From: Candidatus Thorarchaeota archaeon SMTZ1-45
GTDB lineage: Archaea; Asgardarchaeota; Thorarchaeia; Thorarchaeales; Thorarchaeaceae
DNA: 20,335 nucleotides
Direction of reading: 5' to 3'
Assembly (NCBI GenBank): GCA_001563335.1
Contig: LRSL01000049.1
Coordinates: 1 to 20,335, forward strand
The notes beneath the pieces were generated by a model. It saw only the letters and a program-made list of their open reading frames with translations. It made no database searches and was not told the origin of the DNA. Numbering within the stretch: position 1 is the stretch's first letter; every line of letters starts with the position of its first letter. Both the position numbers and the translations under genes were made by a program. Below are positions 14,447 to 20,335 of the stretch, one piece after another.

Positions 14447-15925
14447 ATGAAGTTGGTACAATCAGCAACACAAACAAAAAAGAAAGGAAGTTTTCGTACA
14501 AATGTTATTCTTACCTTCCTAGTAATCTCTCTTGTTTCCCTAGCAGCCACTGGAGTGGTTTCACTGACCTTTGTAGATTTGATAGGTAACTCGACGAGGA
14601 ACCAGAGTTCCACAGCACTGGAGAGTCAGATCCAAATCAACATGGATGAAACCGCACAGAAAACAGCTCTTGTAATAAATCAGAAACTAACTAGTGCAGA
14701 AGGCATGATTGCAGCTGCTGCAGAAGAGCTTGAGGCACTATTTGATGCTACTTCGACATATGAATATCGAGAAGTGTATTATGACCTCTTGTTCGAGGAT
14801 GACACAGTTTCTCCTGCTCCAGCAGACAATCATTATGACCCCAATTATGGGCTCAATGTTTCTTGGGATTATAGTAGCTGGTATATCGCTGGAACAGATT
14901 CTACAAACTACAATTCTAGCTATGCAGATCTTCCAGCAAATGCTGACAAGCTTGGACGTGTATCAAATATGGACTACATCTTCAAAGCTATTCACGATCG
15001 ATTAGCTTTCAGGTGGCTCTATATTGCATTTGCAGATGATGGATTGTTCATTAACTATCCCGGGAGTATATTGGGTCCATTATCAGATGTAGCCAGACTG
15101 GCGGATCCCTACGACCCAAGAGGCGAGTATTGGTACCAGACAATATGGGCGGGCAATGGTGACATGGTGTTCGTCGAGCCTTACTATGATGAGTTTGACA
15201 ATGTTCTTCTGATTTCCATCGGAAAAGTGGTGTATAGGAATAGTATCCCGTTTGCTGTGATTTCCGGAGACATCACGATAGAGGACATCAGGGAGAAAAT
15301 CATCAACGTTGAGATTCTGGAGAGCGGGTATGCATTTCTGGTGGATTCATACGGAGGAGTAGTTGCTCACCCAGAGGTTGCTGATGAGGACTATCTGGAG
15401 GGACTACCACCGCTTACTACTGTGGAAATCAACCCAGGTGGCTCACCCGCCTTGACACAGGCGAATATCGATCAGATAACCAATGTTGTCCCAGGAGCCT
15501 CAGGCACTCTTCGGTATACCAAAGCAGGAGCTGAGCACATTCTTGTCTTTACGCAGGTTGGTAAAGGAGACTACATATGTGTAATCTCTGTCCCTCTGGC
15601 TGAGGTCTTAGAGAGTATCCCTCTGCTTGAAGAACGAATCGCTGCACAGAACGCTTCCGCAGCTCAATATATCATCTTAGTCACAGCGGCGGGAATACTC
15701 ATCGCAGGAATTGTAGCAGTTGCCATTTCGAATACTATTACGAAACCATTGCAATACCTCATGAACCTTGCAGAGAGAAATGCTGCAGCAAGGATAATGG
15801 ATAAACCTCTCGACACTGGAGACCTTCAAGTAGATGCAGCATACATAGCTCAAGACGATGAAATTGGTGAGCTTGCTCGGGCATTCCAAGGAATGCTTGA
15901 CTCAATTCGCGAAGACGAAGAATAG
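14447..15925 (+). CDS. Membrane sensor protein: TM-dCache_1-TM-HAMP with no output domain (paralog of the upstream receptor's sensory half)
   Basis: TM1 VILTFLVISLVSLAATGVVSLTFV; dCache RWLYIAF..DGLFINYPG, YDPRGEYWY, FVEPYYD, VISGDI and GYAFLVDSYGGVVAHP; TM2 YIILVTAAGILIAGIVAVAI; HAMP TKPLQYL...DDEIGELARAFQGM, then stop after REDEE. The ORF track gives TTG 14411; ATG 14447 is preferred. Confidence 0.85.
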   Translation: MKLVQSATQTKKKGSFRTNVILTFLVISLVSLAATGVVSLTFVDLIGNSTRNQSSTALESQIQINMDETAQKTALVINQKLTSAEGMIAAAAEELEALFDATSTYEYREVYYDLLFEDDTVSPAPADNHYDPNYGLNVSWDYSSWYIAGTDSTNYNSSYADLPANADKLGRVSNMDYIFKAIHDRLAFRWLYIAFADDGLFINYPGSILGPLSDVARLADPYDPRGEYWYQTIWAGNGDMVFVEPYYDEFDNVLLISIGKVVYRNSIPFAVISGDITIEDIREKIINVEILESGYAFLVDSYGGVVAHPEVADEDYLEGLPPLTTVEINPGGSPALTQANIDQITNVVPGASGTLRYTKAGAEHILVFTQVGKGDYICVISVPLAEVLESIPLLEERIAAQNASAAQYIILVTAAGILIAGIVAVAISNTITKPLQYLMNLAERNAAARIMDKPLDTGDLQVDAAYIAQDDEIGELARAFQGMLDSIREDEE

Positions 15926-15953
15926 TTGTGCCCATCAAGAAATCAGAGCATAG

Positions 15954-17804
15954 GTGAAGACATTGGCAGAAGAAACTTGGTCATTAGATAAATCAAGACA
16001 AGTCTATGGCGTGAATCGGAATGATCTCCACTTTCTGGATATATCAGAGGAGGGGGATCTGTTTCTGCGTCTTCGTGGCAAATCTATCACTTTCAAGGAT
16101 ATTATTGAAAGAATCAAGAACATAAATGGCGACTCTCCAGGATATGCATCATCTTTTACTTTGAGGGTACCTCAACTTGTGACATATCAGGTAAAGAAAT
16201 TGAAAGCTGCATTCCAAAGAGTAATGGAAGAGCTTGATTATGGTGGAAAGTTCATAGGAATTTATCCAGTGAAGGTAAATCAGCGAAAAGATTGTGTCAC
16301 CGCTGTCCTTCGCTCCGATTCCGATTATGGGTTAGAGGCTGGTACAAAAGCAGAGCTTCTACTGATCAAAAATGTAATCGAGCGTGAAAAACATAGGCCA
16401 ATAGTTTGTAATGGAGCAAAGGATCCAAAATATTTGAAGTTGATTAAGGAATGTATGAAGGAGGGTTATAACATTGCAATTTCAGTTGAATCTGTTCATG
16501 AATCTCGTTTAATTATGAAGAGATTCAAACCTGAGCAGACTCATCTTGTATTGCGAATTAAACCCTATCTCAGTGTAGAAGGACACTGGTCCCATTCCAC
16601 CGGAAGAGACTCAAAATTTGGCCTTAGCATTCATGACCTCTATGATGTTGTTGAACTTCTAAAACAGAGAGGCTTTGCAAACTCAGTTAAAACAATTCTT
16701 GCACATGCAGGCTCACAGATAACTGAGATTGAGTCCTTTGAGAGATTCGGCAGACTCCTAACAAAGCTATATACAGAACTAAGAGATATGGGATTATCAA
16801 ATCTCGTGAACATAGACTTTGGAGGTGGGCTGGCAATTGACTACACAAGTTCTGAAACGTCAGATTTCATGCTTCGCTATGCACAATTGCTAGTTTCAGG
16901 TGTGAAGGCGCATTTATCTGAAATATCTGGCAAGCATCCCCCACCAAACATAATGATTGAGTCAGGTCGAGGCATAACCGCACTCTCAACAATGGTAGTT
17001 GTTGAGGCTCTAGAGGTACGGTCAATATTTCCACCTCGTGATGAGAATGCCATATCTGAGATCATTAAGGATGATGAGAGGAAGACACTTGACAGAATCA
17101 GGAAAGCCTCAACTCTTAAGGAGATAAGGGAGATTTGGAACAATTTTCAAGAGAAGTACGGTGGTTTGAATCTGGCAGGGATGAAATTCATCCTTGAACA
17201 AGAAATGGTGACAAGGATTCTCGAGGATGCTGTAAGAGCAAGACTTGTAGAATTAAGTCTGAAATCCTATGATATAGATGGATTGGTCAGAAGCTTTTGG
17301 CGTCCTGAACATATTGTAATTGGAAACTTTAGTGTCTTCAATAGTATTGCTGACCATGTCTTAGTGAAACAGCACTTTCCAGTCATTCCAATTCAGGAAC
17401 TCAATTTGAAACCTCAGACCACAGTACGTCTGGTGGATATTACATGCGACTCTGATGGTGAGATAGCACAGTTCTATAGACCTAGGACAGACTCGATATG
17501 GTTTGCAAAAGATAATAGACTCTTGACATCCCTAGAAGGGAGAATGGGTGAAGGTATACCTGTAGGCAGTCTAGAGAAAATTCCAGGTTCTTGCTTTGTA
17601 CTTACACTAGCAGGTGCATACCAAGATGCAATCGAGATGGATCATAATCTACTTGGAGACCTACCGGATGTTGAGTTATATCTCCAGGATGATGGAAAAT
17701 GGGCACTATCTTGGGTAACGGGCGCTGAGTCAATTGAGGAACTACTAAAAGATGTTGGCTATGCGGATATCGATGTAGATGAAGATCCATATATGTGGGA
17801 TTAA
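15954..17804 (+). CDS. speA: Biosynthetic PLP-dependent arginine decarboxylase (fold type III, bacterial/plant type)
   Basis: YPVKVNQ (PLP lysine), GLEAGTKAEL, CNGAKD, GRDSKFGL, HAGSQI, DFGGGL, ESGRGI, NFSVFNSIAD, DITCDSDG, GAYQD and HNLLG. GTG start after a 28-nt gap. Confidence 0.9.
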   Translation: MKTLAEETWSLDKSRQVYGVNRNDLHFLDISEEGDLFLRLRGKSITFKDIIERIKNINGDSPGYASSFTLRVPQLVTYQVKKLKAAFQRVMEELDYGGKFIGIYPVKVNQRKDCVTAVLRSDSDYGLEAGTKAELLLIKNVIEREKHRPIVCNGAKDPKYLKLIKECMKEGYNIAISVESVHESRLIMKRFKPEQTHLVLRIKPYLSVEGHWSHSTGRDSKFGLSIHDLYDVVELLKQRGFANSVKTILAHAGSQITEIESFERFGRLLTKLYTELRDMGLSNLVNIDFGGGLAIDYTSSETSDFMLRYAQLLVSGVKAHLSEISGKHPPPNIMIESGRGITALSTMVVVEALEVRSIFPPRDENAISEIIKDDERKTLDRIRKASTLKEIREIWNNFQEKYGGLNLAGMKFILEQEMVTRILEDAVRARLVELSLKSYDIDGLVRSFWRPEHIVIGNFSVFNSIADHVLVKQHFPVIPIQELNLKPQTTVRLVDITCDSDGEIAQFYRPRTDSIWFAKDNRLLTSLEGRMGEGIPVGSLEKIPGSCFVLTLAGAYQDAIEMDHNLLGDLPDVELYLQDDGKWALSWVTGAESIEELLKDVGYADIDVDEDPYMWD

Positions 17805-17807
17805 ATG

Positions 17808-18989
17808 CTAATTAATACAGATCAGTTCTTCTTGGGGTTTTGATAGGAACTCACATCCCTGCCGTGTAATTAGAATGTCCTCCTCGAGGCTAACCTGTCC
17901 ATAGTGTTCAGTCGTTACATAAAACTCCAGTGTGAAAACATTTCCCACTTCTACAACACCCATGGGACTCTCTCCATAACGCTCCCACTTTGGACCGAGT
18001 AGAGTGCCACCATCATGGGCGAGGCGTCCAAGTTGGTGACCCAACGCATGTTGATATTCTTCGTATCCTGCAGCTTTCACGAAATCACGAGCAATATTGT
18101 CGACCTCATAACCCACAGCCCCTGGCCTAATCCATTTTGCTGCAGCTTGAATGCCATCTCTCACTGTTTCAAATGCATCCTGCACCTCGGAAGGAATATC
18201 CTTCGTGTCACCAAAGAAGAACATTCGTTGAATGTCTGAACAGTATCCTTTGTACTTTACACCAAAATCGAAATGGAGAAGGTGACCATTCTTGGTCTTG
18301 TTGTCTGTTGGACCTGTATGTCCGAATTGCTTGTATGGACCCGCATCAACTGCCGGACAGTGATCTACATCCCAAGCACTAATGACTTTAAGGTCATTCA
18401 TACATCTATGGAAGAAGTCGTAGATTTCAATCTCAGTTTGTCCTACCTTAACGAATTTCGTTGCTCGTTCAAAGATGTCCTCAGTGATTTTGACAGCCTT
18501 CCGTATTCTTGAAACCTCCTCAGCAGTCTTTCTACCGCGGAGTTTTTGTATGTGGTTTTCTGCGGACATGAGTCGGTTGAGATAGGGTGTGTTCTTGAGG
18601 TAGTCCTGAAGCAGCATGTGCATCCCAACACTGAGCCCATCTGCAGCAACATCATTCATGCTATAATTGATTGCAATCTTCTTGGGGTCTTTTCTTGTTA
18701 GTTGCTTCACAAGTTCTTCTCTGATGCTTGCAGTATAGGGAATTATTGTATCGTATATCCCCTTACTCTCTACGCCATCTTTGTCAAAGTTACCAACAAT
18801 AGCTATCTTCTCATCCTCAGTAAATATGAGTGCAGATTGCCAAGTCAGATCTCCACCTAGTATGAGTTCAAGAACTGGGTCCGCCATTTGAGAGGTTTCT
18901 CGTACCCATACAAACCAAGCATCTATATCCTGTTCTTTGAGTATCTTGCATGCCTGCTCTGCTTTGGATTTCTCTATCGTAAAAGACAT
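17808..18989 (-). CDS. Xaa-Pro aminopeptidase/prolidase family (M24B) metallopeptidase
   Basis: LRGRKTAEE, HFDFGVKYKGYCSDIQR, HALGHQLGRLAHD, VFTLE and SLEEDILIT supply the D, D, H, E, E metal ligands. ATG 18989 sits 1 nt after the ADH stop with a GGTGA RBS; the ORF track start is 19001. Confidence 0.9.
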   Translation of the reverse strand: MSFTIEKSKAEQACKILKEQDIDAWFVWVRETSQMADPVLELILGGDLTWQSALIFTEDEKIAIVGNFDKDGVESKGIYDTIIPYTASIREELVKQLTRKDPKKIAINYSMNDVAADGLSVGMHMLLQDYLKNTPYLNRLMSAENHIQKLRGRKTAEEVSRIRKAVKITEDIFERATKFVKVGQTEIEIYDFFHRCMNDLKVISAWDVDHCPAVDAGPYKQFGHTGPTDNKTKNGHLLHFDFGVKYKGYCSDIQRMFFFGDTKDIPSEVQDAFETVRDGIQAAAKWIRPGAVGYEVDNIARDFVKAAGYEEYQHALGHQLGRLAHDGGTLLGPKWERYGESPMGVVEVGNVFTLEFYVTTEHYGQVSLEEDILITRQGCEFLSKPQEELICIN

Positions 18990-18990
18990 C

Positions 18991-20109
18991 TCAATCACCA
19001 TGGGGTTGTATGACAGCCTTCAGGGACATCTGTTTCTCTTGTGTTTCTAATGCTTTCTGAGCATCATCAAGAGAGAATTTGTGTGTGACTAGTTCTTCGA
19101 ATGGAAACCTGTCATAGTTATCAGCTACAGTCGTTATTCCCCTGTATACGTGGAGGGTCTTGGACCCCCATACTGTCTTTATGTCTAGATGTTTCTTGTT
19201 CATCAAGTGCGTATTGATTTCTGTGGTTCCGTGGTCTGTGTATTGACCACAGATTGTGTAACTTCCACCTTCTCTGACTAGCTCTATACCTTCAGGGATA
19301 GCATGAGGATTACCAGTTGCTTCATACACAATGTCTGGACCATGACTACCAGAGATCTCTCTGAGTTTGTCTTTTCGCTCCTGAAGCGTTGTTTCTTCTA
19401 TGTTGATAATGTCTGTTACCCCAAACTTTTTTGCAATATCAAGACGGTTCTTTGCCTTGTCCAATACAGTCACAGTTGAGGCGCCACTGACACTAGTAAG
19501 GACTGCAATCATGAGACCAACTGGTCCAGCTCCTTGAATAGCCACATTTAGACCCCATGTCATGGGACTCCTAAGAACTGTATGAACAGCAGTGGGCATG
19601 GCGCATCCGACAGCGCTAGCCCCATTAAAGCTCACATGATCAGGCAGTCTAATGATATGAGTGCCTGGAGACAGGTAAAGGTATTCACTATAACCTCCTA
19701 TCAGACGAGGAAACTTGGTCGAGTCCATAGTGATTCCATAGACCTTACGGTTCGGACATTTTGTAGGAGCATCTGCAATCAGGCAGAAATAGCAAGAGAA
19801 ACACGTCTGTGTGACATCATGAAAGCCAACACGATCCCCCTCCTTGATTTCATTGCCATCAAGATCCTTGATTGGTTTTGGTCCAATAGATTCAATTATA
19901 CCAACCACTTCATGACCAAGAATCAAAGGGTATGGAACTCCTGCAAGCTTCCCATGCCATAGATGAACATCAGTTCCACAGACACCAGCGTTAGCTACCT
20001 TCATTAATGCTGCACCAGGTTGCAGCTCAGGAATTTTATATTCCTCAATAATCAAGTCATCACTTGGTTTTGGTACAACAGCAGCTCGACTTTTCGTTGG
20101 CACCTGCAT
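18991..20109 (-). CDS. Zn-dependent medium-chain alcohol dehydrogenase (5-exo-hydroxycamphor-dehydrogenase-like MDR)
   Basis: GVCGTDVH, LGHEVVG, structural Zn site CFSCYFC-x7-C, Rossmann QGAGPVG and EATG. The start at ATG 20109 (MQVPTKSRAAVV) fits the MDR N-terminus and promoter spacing. Confidence 0.9.
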   Translation of the reverse strand: MQVPTKSRAAVVPKPSDDLIIEEYKIPELQPGAALMKVANAGVCGTDVHLWHGKLAGVPYPLILGHEVVGIIESIGPKPIKDLDGNEIKEGDRVGFHDVTQTCFSCYFCLIADAPTKCPNRKVYGITMDSTKFPRLIGGYSEYLYLSPGTHIIRLPDHVSFNGASAVGCAMPTAVHTVLRSPMTWGLNVAIQGAGPVGLMIAVLTSVSGASTVTVLDKAKNRLDIAKKFGVTDIINIEETTLQERKDKLREISGSHGPDIVYEATGNPHAIPEGIELVREGGSYTICGQYTDHGTTEINTHLMNKKHLDIKTVWGSKTLHVYRGITTVADNYDRFPFEELVTHKFSLDDAQKALETQEKQMSLKAVIQPHGD

Positions 20110-20134
20110 GCTGGAGAATAGAAACACACCATGA

Positions 20135-20140
20135 TTTAAA
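20135..20140 (-). promoter_or_regulatory. TATA box for a probably leaderless adh-peptidase transcript
   Basis: TTTAAA lies 26-31 nt upstream of ATG 20109, the typical archaeal leaderless spacing. Confidence 0.5.
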
Positions 20141-20153
20141 GAAAGAGGAAAGG

Positions 20154-20335
20154 ATGGATAAATGGAGGAATCTCCCCAAATATGCACTGGAGAGACGAGC
20201 TGACATTTTCTTTGGCGTTTATCTAAAAACAGTATTGGAGGCTAAGTATGATATTAAAATCAAAGAGGAGATAATTCCGGAGTTCCCTGTACGTAAAGCC
20301 ACGATTTATCCTAATGTTCAGACCAATCAGTCATT
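20154..20335 (+). CDS. 5' part of a gene running off the window; conserved hypothetical protein, possibly PD-(D/E)XK nuclease-like
   Basis: Not in the ORF track. Manual translation gives MDKWRNLPKYALERRADIFFGVYLKTVLEAKYDIKIKEEIIPEFPVRKATIYPNVQTNQS..., open to the edge, with GAGGA upstream. 'WR.LP.Y.LERRADIFF...IPEFP' recalls a conserved hypothetical family. Confidence 0.65.
   Translation, partial: MDKWRNLPKYALERRADIFFGVYLKTVLEAKYDIKIKEEIIPEFPVRKATIYPNVQTNQS

Noticed and set aside
264-19962. Many short alternative-frame or antisense ORFs in the track (e.g. 264-494, 2215-2532, 9125-9526, 11662-12078, 19582-19962)
   Set aside because: They lie within or mostly overlap well-supported genes and have no motifs; they are shadow ORFs.
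20110-20187. 26-aa N-terminal extension of the alcohol dehydrogenase
   Set aside because: It overlaps the TATA box and the start of the divergent ORF; the MDR fold begins at MQVPTKSRAAVV.
1-20335. CRISPR arrays, tRNA/rRNA genes, IS elements
   Set aside because: No regularly spaced repeats, cloverleaf-like segments, transposase motifs or terminal inverted repeats were seen, and intergenic gaps are all short. This was by eye only.

Overview
This is a gene-dense archaeal window with roughly 40% GC by eye. The archaeal assignment rests on a proteasome alpha subunit, TATA-box promoters and GGAGGTGA/GGTGA ribosome-binding sites. The gene mix (reductive dehalogenase, corrinoid activator, PAS histidine kinase, beta-propeller/Zn-ribbon/winged-helix protein) suggests an Asgard archaeon such as a Thorarchaeote; that is inference. 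The left part holds an internally duplicated beta-carbonic-anhydrase-like protein, a RimK/MptN-type ATP-grasp ligase, psmA and an NrdG-type radical SAM activase. The middle holds a PAS-PAS histidine kinase, a TAT-less reductive dehalogenase carrying an N-terminal RLI/ABCE1-like Fe-S domain, a divergent RACo-type corrinoid activator and an HDAC/AcuC deacetylase. The most striking element is a co-directional cluster at 10064-17804: a cytoplasmic FG-GAP-like propeller/Zn-ribbon/winged-helix protein; a membrane receptor with TM-dCache-TM-HAMP-TPR-vWA(MIDAS) architecture and no enzymatic output; a paralogous dCache-HAMP protein with no output domain; and a bacterial-type arginine decarboxylase. Both dCache pockets carry Glu where amino-acid sensors carry the carboxylate-binding Arg, which hints at amine/agmatine sensing. 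The right end has an M24 peptidase, a Zn-dependent alcohol dehydrogenase and a partial ORF. No rRNA, tRNA, CRISPR array or intact mobile element was recognised.
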